A stretch of DNA of 61,978 nucleotides, filler included, from Sphacelaria rigidula (lineage: Eukaryota): NCBI GenBank assembly GCA_964200075.2. It is 10 parts of 10 records of this genome, joined end to end, with 100 filler letters (N's around TTAATTAATTAA, not from the genome) between each part and the next. Parts side by side here need not be neighbours in the genome. Positions count along the whole stretch, not along the records: positions 31,043 to 37,150 come from CAXNAA020022173.1; positions 37,251 to 43,357 come from CAXNAA020022174.1; positions 43,458 to 49,564 come from CAXNAA020022175.1; 7 more parts are not named here. One strand, given 5' to 3'. Within the stretch, counting starts at the first letter, position 1, and each line of letters starts with the position of its first letter. Both the position numbers and the translations under genes were made by a program. The notes beneath the pieces were generated by a model. That model had not been told where the DNA came from, did no database searches, and worked only from the letters and a program-made list of their open reading frames with translations. Of the stretch, positions 37,111 through 48,470 are shown in pieces.

Positions 37111-38959
37111 ACCCGTGTCCTGGGGGCAGGGTATGAAGAAGAGGCTTAATNNNNNNNNNNNNNNNNNNNNNNNNNNNNNNNNNNNNNNNNNNNNTTAATT
37201 AATTAANNNNNNNNNNNNNNNNNNNNNNNNNNNNNNNNNNNNNNNNNNNNATGGCATGCATGATCATGAGTACCCCCCCCCCCCCCCCTATCGTAGCATG
37301 ACTCCCCTTCTCCAAAAGATCCGTCTTCTTTGCCTTGTGCTCTCTATACCGTATCCCGAGAGCGGTACCTCTGGTGTGTCACACTATCTTTTCCCGCTCG
37401 TTACTGCGCTGCTCGTCGCGATCATCCTGTAATATCGAGACTTTCGTCGTATTGGGTGTGAACTCTTTCGACATTCCTCTGGGAGCTGCTGTGTTGCTGG
37501 TTAACTATTGAAGTCATTTGACCGCCAGCTTCCCCTCGGAACAGTTTTTCCGGCTGACTGTACGGAAATATCGAGCGGTTCCCAGCGGTAGGTGCGTTTT
37601 TCGACGGGGAGGCGGTGCGGCTTCGAAGATCACCCGAAGGGCCTCCAACCCAACCATGTGTAGCTCCAGGAAAATTCCAGGAACCCGAAAAACCTCGAAG
37701 CTCGCTCGAAGCAAAGAAAGAGCGGTCTTGTGACCAATCGAAAGTAGGAGAGCGATGAATAATGTTCCGTTCCAGGCTGCCTACAGTAAGTAGTATCCCC
37801 CGTTGGCGGCAAAGGCACATTTCCATCGGGGTTTTTTTTTTGGGGGGGGGGGCAATGGTTGAAAAAAATAGCATGTGCTTCTTCCAGCAGTGGTTTTACA
37901 CACGGGTCACCTCTTGTGTTGTTTGTCAACAGTGCACCCAGTCACCATGGCACTGAGCACAGACACCCAGAAACAGCGTAGACTATGAAACGAGTAGCGA
38001 CAGCATACTGTACATATTATTCTGCCCACAGCGGGGGGAAACGCGAACGAGGGCATACATACAGGCGCAGTGCCGCATGCATAGAGTACCATGCAGCACA
38101 GCACAACACAGCACAATGGGGCACAGGACACTAGCACATTTGAAGCGATGCATTGAAAAAGAAACATACCCGTCCTTCTCCGAAAGTATCAAGATGGGAA
38201 AAGCATTACAAGAGAGGATGTGTGGATTTGTGTTAATTGCGAATGTCAGCATTAGGATGTGTGGTAACGGTAGCGAGAGGGTAGCACCGCTTTTTCAGGC
38301 ATACGAACCGGCTGGGGCCGTACTGTCTGTACTGTACTGTCTTGTACTTGTGAGCACGAAACAATTCACAGGTTCACTGTTGTTGACTGGCTACATCGGA
38401 GGGGGTTCTCGAGCACTAATTTATGTACAAATCAAAATGCCTACGTCCACCTCTTTATGCAAGTAGGCGTCTTGTGGCACACCGTTTTGATTTATCTTCC
38501 GCTGAAGTACGGTAGAGAGGTCGCAGTTGAACATGCGGCGGTTATATGATTATACTACTTTTGAAAATATGAGGTCGCGATCCTACATATTCGGAACGGT
38601 TGTATGTTGTAGGAATCCGCGACGTGTGTGGACAGCAGTTTACGAGTTTTGTTGTTGTTTGTTGTTGTTGGAGTGGTTGTTTCTACTCAGGGTTCTCCCT
38701 CTGATGGACGAGAGCGCTTTGAGTGCTTCATATGTGGGTGAGATGTACTTATATCCTGGACGACAAACGGTGTACTAGATCATTTCCGCCACAGTAGCTC
38801 CGATGATGTGACTGTCAATATTCACTGTGAGCACAATCGACTGACATCACTTCTATCGACAGCTATCGTAGGTAACAATAGATTCGGGACAGGGGACAGA
38901 ACGCATCATTAGCGTGACACTGGAGTGGTCAAGTCGTCTATCGATGTAGGTTGTTTGTT

Positions 38960-39165
38960 GCAATAGGAACTGAAGTAAGGCCATCAATGTCTACCGCTGA
39001 TCACAATAGGATCTGAATTGCGGCCACCAATGCACGTTCCTGTTCACAATAGGATCTAAATCGCGGCCATCAATGTCTATTGCTGGTCACAATGTGATCT
39101 GAATCGCGGCCAACAATATCTATTGCTGGCCACCATAGGAGCTGATTGACGTCGATCAATAGCTA
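38960..39165. repeat. Minisatellite, ~5 x 42-43 bp
   Basis: caatagga.ctgaa..gcggcca.caat.tcta..gctg.tca units, head to tail. Confidence 0.8.
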
Positions 39166-39705
39166 TTAATACACATTTTCCGGTGGATATTTCCTCCTTC
39201 CACAGAACTATTGCCAGCTATCGCTCCAGGTACTTGTGTGTTAACTCATCATGATCATTGCCGCTGATGCCCCAAAACCCCTGCAGCGAACAAAATATCT
39301 GAAATGTATTGATTCCAAAGCTATTGTCGGCGACATCGACTGTCGAACGATGCTCCCCACAATAACCCATGGTTGATATTGTCTATGGATAAGATGGATG
39401 AGACAGTTTGAGTCATGCTTCGGGGCAAAAACGTCCGGCATACTGGAGATTAGATATACACTCTGACGCACTCGCACTAGTACACCAGACTATTGACCGA
39501 CGCTTGCAACATCGATTGTCCCCTGTTATACATACTAATACAAGTGTTTCACCACCTGTTGTGCTTGACAGAAGATATCGATATAGGTTTCTCCCCGCGT
39601 CTCAAGTTGTGTCAATGAACTAGTGCTGTGTCCTGGCGGAATGTCTCCACTGCTGCTAGCCTCTCACATATGTCTATACTCTCCCCCCAAACTTGACAAC
39701 CGATC

Positions 39706-39787
39706 AGCCGGTCGCCCCGGTGGCTCAGTTGGTAACCTCACAAGCCTCTGATGGTTGAGTGGTGGGTTCGAATCTCGGTGAAGTCAT
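39706..39787 (+). mobile_element. SINE family 1, tRNA-like head only
   Basis: A-box TGGCTCAGTTGG (39721-39732) and B-box GGTTCGAATC (39765-39774); matches the heads at 14322 and 47305(-). Confidence 0.75.
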
Positions 39788-41288
39788 GAAGGCAAATACC
39801 CTCTCCGGACCATAACGGAGTGTTCGGAACAGAGCTCGACTCTCTGTCGAACCATATCGGGATGTTCGACACACATTCCAGTATGATCATATTGTATAAT
39901 AGCGTGCCAGCCAAAACTCTCGCATTTTTCGGGTATACCCCATTTTAACACAAGCACAACCTTGGATATTTTGGTCATGTAACCACAGACCAATGACATT
40001 CTCTGGAGAGTTGCTCCGGACGTGGTCCGGCTCTTTGAAGTGGCCCACTGGCTCAAGAACCCTTCCGGAGGCATTTCTCCGAGATTTTTCCGAAACGCTG
40101 ATGTGATAACCTGAGTAATCTTTAGAGGATGGCCGAGCTGCGGGGCATCGTGATGGAGCTGCTTCGCTCCCCTGTGCCGCTGCCCCCCATATCGGCCAAT
40201 GTTGTTTTCATCGCTTGCGCAGCGAGCGCTTGGTCAACCAAGTAATGTCTAACGTTTGTACTTCTCTCGCTCACTACGGGTTCACCAGTGGGCTACTGCG
40301 TGTTCCCGTCTGACGCGAGAGCCGAGCAGCACACTAACAATATTTGTAGACACTCTGATATGAAGTAGTTTCCACCATGTCAGATGAAATGTTACAGAGA
40401 GAAATTATCGAGGACAGGTCGCGTATGAATTCTTGTTGAGTTTTACTCCGGACGAAACGGCCGTGGATCTGGTCGGGAGATCTAATTCTCCGTCTGTCGC
40501 GGGGGACGCGTTGAACAAGGACTACTTTATTCCCCGAACACTTAGGACGCTAGATTTGATGTTTTGGGGTAATTCACCCTGTCAACTATGACTGAAGGTC
40601 TGATGCTGGCAAGTTTCACGTGGATTTTCAAAAGCTTCAATCGCGCGCTCGAAAAAACTCGGAGCTGCAACGGGTTGACTCACAAATTTTCGTCTCCTCT
40701 TCCCCAGGACTGCACCCACCTCCTGAGTATCCTTCGCGTGGAGCAACATCTCACGGCAGAGCGAGCTCGACAGATGACGAAGAATGAGCAATGCATTTTG
40801 ATGCGATCCGGGAGGGAAAGGGGTATGGGATTCAACCGCACGTGCTTGAAAGGTAGCGGAACTACGCCTCTCACAAGGGGCGTGAAGGTCAAGCTGTTGG
40901 GCACGGGACATATTCGGGCGGTGCAGGTGCGGGTACGTCGACCGCAACCATTTACAGCCTCGAGGAGTCTGATGATGAACAATGCTTCGAGTGTGACGAG
41001 TTTTTTGCTTGTACTGAAGGTGCCCGAGACGCGTTTGCAAAGAGTGTGGTGAGATAGCCCGTGACAGAAGCCACCACGAGAAGAGGGGTATGGGTATGCT
41101 TTCATGGTATCTACGATAGCACATCGAGCTGAGGCTCATGGCTCGAGCAGATATAGCACGGATGAGCCTAGCAAGGGGTAACACCTTAATGCATCACCTG
41201 AGGAGCTAGAACAATTTGAAGATCCGATGAATCTCGATGCGTTGGGTTTTTTCTTCCAAGCATCCGATTTCCACCGTCGAAAGCGTTA

Positions 41289-41857
41289 CGAGCTCGGCCA
41301 GCAGTATATTCCGCATTTGCTTCCCACATCACACCTTTCCAAGTTTCCCAAATCAACGCGAATTGAGCATATCGCTGTGAACTGCAGACGAACCTGGTAA
41401 CACACGGCATCGCCGCTGAATGTAAAAAAAAGTTTACTGCATAATATATAAACTTAAAGACGGACGAAAAAAAAAGAGTATGTCGGGATTCGAACAAATG
41501 ACCTCCGTAGCTGGGGTCTCCTGTATCACTTGGATTGAAAGGGCGCGGCTGTGTGACACGAAAAGTGCCATGCGGCGCCCAATTTATTTGAGGTAGTTTT
41601 GGCCGAAACTTCCCCAAGATCTCCTGAACTCGAGTGCCATTTTTTATCAATTTCTCACAGACAGCATTTTTTCTGTTTTTGCCGAAACTTCCACTCGCTC
41701 TACCTTCCTGTTTGTTTGTTTTCCCTCTGCGCCCCCAATAGGGTTGCGCGGGTTGAAGTTAAAAAAGTCGTCTCAAAATTTCAGCGCCTAAACTCTTCGA
41801 ATGACCAACTGCATCGCCAGGGTTCATTCAAAAATCACTGTCGCCTGGCCTAGCTCG
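41289..41857. mobile_element. TA-flanked Tc1/mariner-type MITE inserted into a SINE family 2 copy
   Basis: TA|CGAGCTCGGCCAG...CTGGCCTAGCTCG|TA; the flanks rejoin into one SINE-2 (compare 44410-44610); a partial second copy is at ~48630-48855. Confidence 0.78.
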
Positions 41858-43668
41858 TAGTATGCGGGTAAACCGAAAGTAGTTGACTGAGTTTGTTTGA
41901 CGAAAGTTGACGCGGTGCGGGAGTGCTGATAGTCATGACCCAATCCGCGAGACCAACATGCAAGGCGTGTACTCTACCGGGGAGAGGTATGGGTTGATTC
42001 CTGAGGAGTTCACAATGCGACAAATAAATAAATACATGAATAAATAAATAAAATGTCAGCTACAGTAGAGGATGAAGAGAGTTCGGCCGTAGACAGTGAC
42101 ACATTGGACATGACAACATCATCAGCACAAAGCATGAAGGATACTTCCAATGAGCCGCATTCCGTGGGAATTTCGACGGTAGGACACCACGCGCGAGAGC
42201 ACATATGGTGAGGATTCATGCGTTGATGGGATAGGACACGTATGGGATTGGGTGATGGTTTTGCCTCGACGCCGAGAGTTCATCTGACGTCACGCAGGGA
42301 ATAAGAGAGGGTGGCGGCAAGGTTGTCATGTTTGTTCAGCACTAAAGTCGTAGCGTAGACAAGTGAGATGCTTTTTTTTTCAGGACAGACGGACTTGGCT
42401 CTGATGACATGAATGTGGAAATATTTCCGGGGGCGTACGTGGCCTGCGGTGAGGCCAGCTAGGGAGGCACGTCGGGATCAACGGGTGCTATGTGGTTTCG
42501 TACGTCGTGAGCATCGGTAGTGTTTTTCGAGGCCTGGGTTGTTTGAGGAGAGCTCAGACCATTCCTTTCGAGGGGCATTAAAAAGATGTGTCCTGGCTGT
42601 CAGTGTGTTCTCATGTCCAGGTGGAGCATGTGCTGACATACTGTTCTAAAATGCGTGTGCTCGTGTATTACTTGATGTATAACTGATGAGTTGACTACAC
42701 GATCGCTTTGTATCGTGCTGGTCATCATTCATCATTGCTCTTCGTCCGTGGGGAATTTTCAAATATCCTTAAACGGGATTTATCGATATGCCCGGTGTGA
42801 GGGGCATCCACTGGCATTGCAAGCGTGCTGTTTTTGAGCGCATGGGATACGGTCGTGTCGAACGATCAACTATTGGCCGACTTCAGACGCTAGAAATTAG
42901 GACTACACATCAGCCGGCAAGAGATGGTCGCGCAGTCACGATAAGTTGTGCGTAAGGGAATATCGATTTGACTGTCATACGTTCATGCTGTCTCCGTCAT
43001 CGAGGGAGATGTGTGCTCATTCCTAACCATCGCAGAAGAATAATCGAGCATGTGGTCTTATGGCTTTGTCATTTTCCAGAACACTCACCCGGGAGAAATT
43101 ATTCATCAGTTGGTGGTGTATAGTTCTGGGACAGATTCTCCTGGACATCTCGTCTGTTTGGACTGTAGTGCCTGTCGACAGCTGCGTTGTTGCCAGACCA
43201 TCGGTTGTCTCGGTACATTATCCCAGATTAGCGAGGCACGTGTGTGCGGTAAAGGGACAATTTGTTCCAGGAGAGTCATGCTACTATAGGGGGGTGTACT
43301 CATGATCATGCATGCCATAGTCATAAAGACCATTGACCTCGCATCCCTACAAAGCCGNNNNNNNNNNNNNNNNNNNNNNNNNNNNNNNNNNNNNNNNNNN
43401 NTTAATTAATTAANNNNNNNNNNNNNNNNNNNNNNNNNNNNNNNNNNNNNNNNNNNNATGAATTTGGTGATTTTGAGTCGTGATGATTTGTCCTAACCGT
43501 GCATTTTTGTCTAAATCGGCGCCGCAGGCGCCGATCCGAGTTCTACCAACGCACTCTATGCCGAGGGTACACTTTTCACTCCCGTTGCCCAAGGGCTCTC
43601 GGTATGCCTTGGTTAGCGTCAGCGTTAGCGTCGGCGTTACTTCAACATACTAAATTTCCGAGAAAGTT

Positions 43669-43696
43669 CCCTAACCCTAACCCTAACCCTAACCCT
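43669..43696. repeat. Interstitial telomere-like (CCCTAA)4
   Basis: direct reading; degenerate GTTAGC-type hexamers in the opposite orientation ~50 bp upstream. Confidence 0.8.
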
Positions 43697-44110
43697 TCTT
43701 CATTTGCCAGATGGTAACGTGACCTCACTGTCGTTATCTGCCTATTGCCTGTCGAAACTTCCGCCGGTTTCACGCGGCTTCTGGTGTTGATTTTGACGAG
43801 CTTTTTTCTTGGGACACGTCATGAGCTGACCGGATCTCAAACCTCTTTGCCACGTACGACTGTCCTGCTATCTGATCAGTACCTCCCCCCCCCCTCCCCC
43901 CCCTCTCCACTCGAGCCTGGTCCGGCGATAACCCGGCGGGCTCCGTGCCGACTTTGTAGAGATACAATGTAGGGACGCGAGGTCAATGGTGATGTGACTA
44001 CGGCATGTAAGATCATGAGTACACCCCCTCCCCACGCTCCACTCCCTGGCATTACTGTTGGGGTACTTGTTGCTGCTTTCGTAGACGCATTTCCCCGCGT
44101 CTCGAATCAG

Positions 44111-44262
44111 CTATATTTTGCCGGGCCAGAGCACGACCGTTTCCAAAGGCGGAAGGGCTGTTGAGCTGCTCGCCACAACAGGAGCCGTTTTGGGTCCGCC
44201 TTGGCAGCAAGCTGAGAACGGATACATCGTCACTCCTGCCGCCGCTGACGTTGGGCAAAAGG
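44111..44262 (+). CDS. Metallo-beta-lactamase-fold (Lactamase_B_3-like) protein, exon a
   Basis: cag|C TAT...AAG G|gtgggt; ATTGAVLGPPWQQAENGY matches the GPPWQ..ENGY motif I recall from plant, algal and cyanobacterial MBL-fold hydrolases. Confidence 0.82.
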
Positions 44263-44342
44263 GTGGGTGTCGCGATGTGTTCGGTGTCGTTGTACTCCGT
44301 GTATCTTGGTGTTCTGATGTTTGAATGGCCATCATTGCTGCC

Positions 44343-44637
44343 GCGCTCGGTGGTGTACATTGAAGTGGTCCGATTGTCACCGCTAGGGTGGAGAGAACGT
44401 GGGTTCGACTCCCGATGCGTTGGATTATTTTTCTTCGAAGTATCTGATTTCCACCGTCGAAAGCGTGGGGACGTGAGTAGACGAAAAAAAAACATTGGGC
44501 TGGGTTTATTTGACGAGGATTGACGCGGTGCGGGAGTGTTAGTCATGATCCAATCCGCGAGACCAAAATGCAAGGCGTGTGCCGGGGAGAGATGGGTTGA
44601 TCCCTTGAGACCACGGACTCGTCCCGAGGAAGGGAAT
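44343..44637 (+). mobile_element. tRNA-derived SINE-like family 2 copy
   Basis: B-box GGTTCGACTCCC at ~44402; body colinear with 7526-7830. Confidence 0.7.
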
Positions 44638-44994
44638 GTTTTACAGCGCGACAGAAACAATCGCCTTGCGGCGTTGCATCACACCCGCCCCCACAGAAGG
44701 AGGAATGACACGAGTATATCCAAATGAACGTTCGTTTCGAAATGTTTGTAGTGACGGTGAGTGAAGGTGAGATATCCCCCAAGAGTTGAATAACTTGCCT
44801 CTTGTGTGCTCTTGATAATAGTCAGTTGAGATGATAGTTTGAATTTTCAGAGTACATGATAACTCAGCTCTCGTCCACGTGACCGCCTTGCAGGGTCCTG
44901 CATTTTTCATCGGAATCTTGGGACATCGCAATGATCGTATCGCACACATTTTGTGACCTTCCCCTCTGCCTCCTCCCTCCCCCTTTTGAGGTTT

Positions 44995-45493
44995 GGCGTC
45001 GGTTGGTGACGAAGCTGTATAATACGCCACTTACTGCTAAGCTAGGCAACGAGGTCACCGTTCTTTTTTTCGCTTGTTTCTTTTTTGCGGTGACCATGAT
45101 GGTGATCGAGCTAGAACATATTATTGGGGTTGGAGAACCCGGAGCCAGCGCAAAGAGGATGCTCGTAATACGTGTTGTTTCTATGGTGAGACACCCATGG
45201 GGCAGTGTGTAACCCGTGGCTGTTTCTGAAAGTGACGATACCAGACCATGAAGCAACTCTCGTTCGAGGCTGCCATCCATGTGCAAGGTGACCAGTACGC
45301 TTTGGGCTGAATAATCTTAGCAAGCAAGATGCAGCTCACCCTTCATGCGACTCGCCGAACACATCACGGCGCTTCGCACTCGGTGATCGCGAGCCTGGTC
45401 CGGCGGAAACCCGGCGTGCTCCTTCCCGATTTTGTAGGGATGCGAGGTCAATGGTCTCTTGTCTGCGGCACGCAAGATCAAGAGTACACCCCC
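44995..45493 (+). mobile_element. A-body-A-B family, 5'-truncated copy
   Basis: body+A+B colinear with 34360-34856. Confidence 0.8.
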
Positions 45494-45532
45494 TTCCGTC
45501 TCGACGACTTTATCGCTTGAACCATTCCGCAG

Positions 45533-45668
45533 CACCAGCTGGGGGCTCTCTTTATTTCGAGGCGCATCTCATGTATGATGAGTCGGAGCTGTCCAACTTG
45601 CAAGCGGACGTGGTGATAGCCCCCGTGGTAGAGCAAAAGATCGCAGCCTACACTCTCGTGGGTGGCGG
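45533..45668 (+). CDS. MBL-fold protein, exon b
   Basis: cag|CA...GG|gtgagt; SLYFEAHLMY...ADVVIAPVVEQKIAAYTLVGG resembles family SLYYEPH...DVVITPV; phases fit. Confidence 0.85.
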
Positions 45669-46330
45669 GTGAGTGGGCATATTTAGATGATTGTTTTCGT
45701 AGTCAAAATTCCGGGGACATCGAGAAAGTGAGGGCCATTTATCGATGTCAAGTCGTGACTTGCTGGGACCGATAACGGAACTACTGCCTATCATTATCGG
45801 TGTAGATTCTGCTGCTGTTTTGTTCTTCACACTCAGAAGGCTGAAGGTTTACCGAGATAATTTCCTTTGCTGGATTGTGAGCGCATTTGGTGTTTGACGG
45901 GCAGCAAAGATTGGCTAGCCAGAGGAGGATCGCTTTGTCCATTGTGCAGCGGCCATGGGCCATAGCGTCTGTTTACAACGCACCTGGCCTCATTGTTGCA
46001 CTCGTGGGCACGATCATGGAAAATGACCGTGCCTGTTTCGTCCATGCTAAAGATTGTGCGGTGTATTGGTCGCTCTTGGAGCCAACGTTTTGTTCACACC
46101 ACAAGGGTGTTTGTATCCTCTCGAGCGACGGGTATTCGGACGTCCTTGGCGAAAGTCTGCGCTCGTAGACGACGAGCCGCATAACTATTTCGCGCTTCCA
46201 TCTCCTGAACACGGCTTCATCCTCCGGAGGACCAGTTAGTGCGCGACAATTATTGAATTAATCCAATCAAACTACCAATGAATTCTGACGTGTATGCTCG
46301 GCTGCAAACGAACCCTCGCATCGGTCGCAG

Positions 46331-46532
46331 CGGCAAAGCTCTGGAGTTGGCATCCACCCTGAAGGCGTCAAAGCTCGTCCCTATGCCAAACGCAGAGGTC
46401 GACTTCTCTGGACCCTTGGGACAAGTAGTCACGGAAGGCAACACACAGGATGAGTTTCTCCAGCTGGCCCGAAGCGAGGAAGTTGAGGTAGTTTTGGTTA
46501 AGGCTGCCGAGGAGGTGGATGTTTGGCCGTAA
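46331..46532 (+). CDS. MBL-fold protein, terminal exon
   Basis: cag|C GGC; GKALELASTLKASKLVPMPNAEVDFSGPLGQVV...VDVWP-TAA. Confidence 0.82.
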
Positions 46533-46790
46533 CGCCAACGATAGACGTGGGGTGCTTCGACGTATGCTGACAGAGATATGGAGACGGTGCGCGCGGGGGG
46601 GGAGGGGGGCTCTACATCATGAACATAGTGCCACTAGGGTTGGAAGTAATCTTTGCGGCGAGATACGAGTATTCGCACATCAATCCATTTCAAGACAAGG
46701 GCGGGATCTTCGAAGCCCCGGGGGATCGGTTAGCAGTGGAATTTGAAACGTTCGAAGGACGGTGTATCGCCGTAAGGTATATATACCTTG

Positions 46791-47604
46791 CAATGGCAGG
46801 TCGGGTAGGGTACTCCCGATATTCGGTATATTAAACAGTCATACTCTTAGCACCCAAAATTTGGGTATAGTGTTGAAATCCAATCCAGCTTACCCAGATT
46901 TTGGGTAGAGTATTGAATTTACACCCAAGTGATGAAGTACTTCGTGTGTTTCATCCCGTCTGTTCTGAACGCCAGTCTACACCTTTCGGTACATGTGGGC
47001 GCATCAGCCGGGGTCACACAGGAGGAAGGTCAACACAGTAGCTTTTTATTTATTTCTCTTGTTTTGGTACTCCACCTTCCTTCTGTGGTGCTCGCCTTAT
47101 TCTTTCATCGCGAGAGGGGCTCGGCGGTCCCTTTTCCTCTTCGACCGTAAAGTCGAATTTTGTGTACCCACGACATAGTCGCTCTCCACTTCTGGGTATG
47201 GTGAGGGAAAATCCGAGATCGTATGACTGCACCGAGATTCGAACCCACGACCCAACCGTCAGAAGGTTTCGAGGCTACCAACTGGGCCGCCGGGGCGACC
47301 GGCTCTACACCCAGATAGTCCTGAGAGTGCTCACCTCAATTCGGTGGGGTATTTGAGGTCGTACCTCATCTACCCAAAATTTGCCCAGAGTATAAAAATC
47401 GTACCCAAATTACCCATTTTTGGGGTAGAGTATTGACGTCATACCCATGTAATACACTATACCCAGGTACTGCTGAGAGTGTCTACCCAATATTTCGGTA
47501 GAGGATTTAGGCCGTACTCAATCTAGCCAAACTTTGGGTAGAGTAAATACCCGGGTATTTTACCCAAGTATTGAAAAGTCCATACCCTGCCCGACCTACC
47601 CTTG
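46791..47604. mobile_element. hAT-like non-autonomous element carrying a SINE insertion
   Basis: TIRs CAATGGCAGGTCGGGTAGGGTA / CAAGGGTAGGTCGGGCAGGGTA; flanks ATACCTTG/ATACCCTC (6/8); many ACCCAA/TTGGGTA subterminal motifs. Confidence 0.75.
46928..47305 (-). mobile_element. tRNA-derived SINE family 1, full-length copy
   Basis: A/B boxes on the minus strand (CGGCCCAGTTGG, GGTTCGAATC); flanked by the direct repeat TACACCCA. Confidence 0.82.
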
Positions 47605-47994
47605 ATACCCTCTTTGTACCCATCAGAGCAAGATCTGGATCTTTAGCACGTACTCGGAATCTCGGGGAAAACATTGGGTTGGATCCAGAGGCGGCCCGCT
47701 CCAAAGAAGCGTTGTTGCAAGAAAATCAAGCTGAGAAGAACAAAAAAAAGTGCTCAGCGTCATTGACGACCGCTGCACTGAGCCCAATACAGTGGACGAT
47801 TGCATCAGATGAGAAACTCCGGCTGAGTCTAGTTTTCCGTTTCTCATGAGCGGGTCGCTACTAGATGTCCATCAATATCGAGGAAATTTCTGCGGGTGAC
47901 GCAGTCGCACATGCCTGGGCTGTCGGAGCGTTGAGCACGGACCGCTCTTGTCGAGAAGGAAAGGATCACAGGCTGGCGATGCGTTTTGAGCACG

Positions 47995-48470
47995 ATAATT
48001 CTAATGGGAGTCGTTAAAAATTTCTGTCGGAAACTGCCTTTTGGGTCCTTCTCCGTCGATTTACGCCCGAAAAGAGGGCTAGGGGGATGTTGACGCCTTG
48101 GAATGATTGGCTCAACTCGTTGAGGCCGTTCTAGGACAACTCTGCATCTCCCGCTGGCCGCACTTGAGTTTTTGGGCAAATCAGGCCAAACACGGATTTT
48201 CAGTAGAAAATGGTCAGATGATCAAATCTCCCCCTCAGGCCTGTTTCGTGATCGCTTGGCCGTTTTTTGTTGACAATCTGTGTTTGGTCGAAAATGAAAG
48301 TGCGGCCAGCGGGAAATGCAAAGTTGCCCTGGAATGCCCACAATGTGTATATCAAGTCATTCCAAGGCGTCAACATCCGCCTAGCTCTCTTTTCATCAGG
48401 CGTAAAACGACGGAGAAGGGCCAAAAAGGCAGTTTTAAACAGGAATTTCGACCGGCCCCCATTAGAGTCG
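47995..48470. repeat. Long imperfect inverted repeat (arms ~190 bp)
   Basis: aagtgcggccagcggga...attccaaggcgtcaacatcc...cccattaga is present on both strands. Confidence 0.8.

Noticed and set aside
38960..39165. CRISPR-like periodic repeats (also 10195-10515 and 59510-59885)
   Set aside because: The units are head-to-tail degenerate copies with no unique spacers or cas genes, in eukaryotic DNA; they are minisatellites.
39706..39787. Functional tRNA gene
   Set aside because: It has A and B boxes but no clean acceptor or anticodon stem, and the same head is attached to a SINE body elsewhere.
40580..41184. Overlapping 141-200 aa ORFs on both strands
   Set aside because: No recognisable motif or consistent splice structure; possibly decayed TE coding sequence, which needs BLASTX.
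42020..43287. LINE or Penelope fragment on the minus strand ending in a (TTTA)n tail
   Set aside because: The tail is suggestive, but I could not read RT, endonuclease or GIY-YIG motifs.
43669..43696. True telomere
   Set aside because: Only four repeats, internal to a contig and apparently inside a gene's intron.
46950..47040. HDV-like ribozyme in the SINE-1 tail (minus strand TCCTCC...GG-stem...)
   Set aside because: L3, P1.1 and P4 look-alikes exist, but P1 and P2 partners do not pair convincingly; an RNArobo/Infernal search would settle it.
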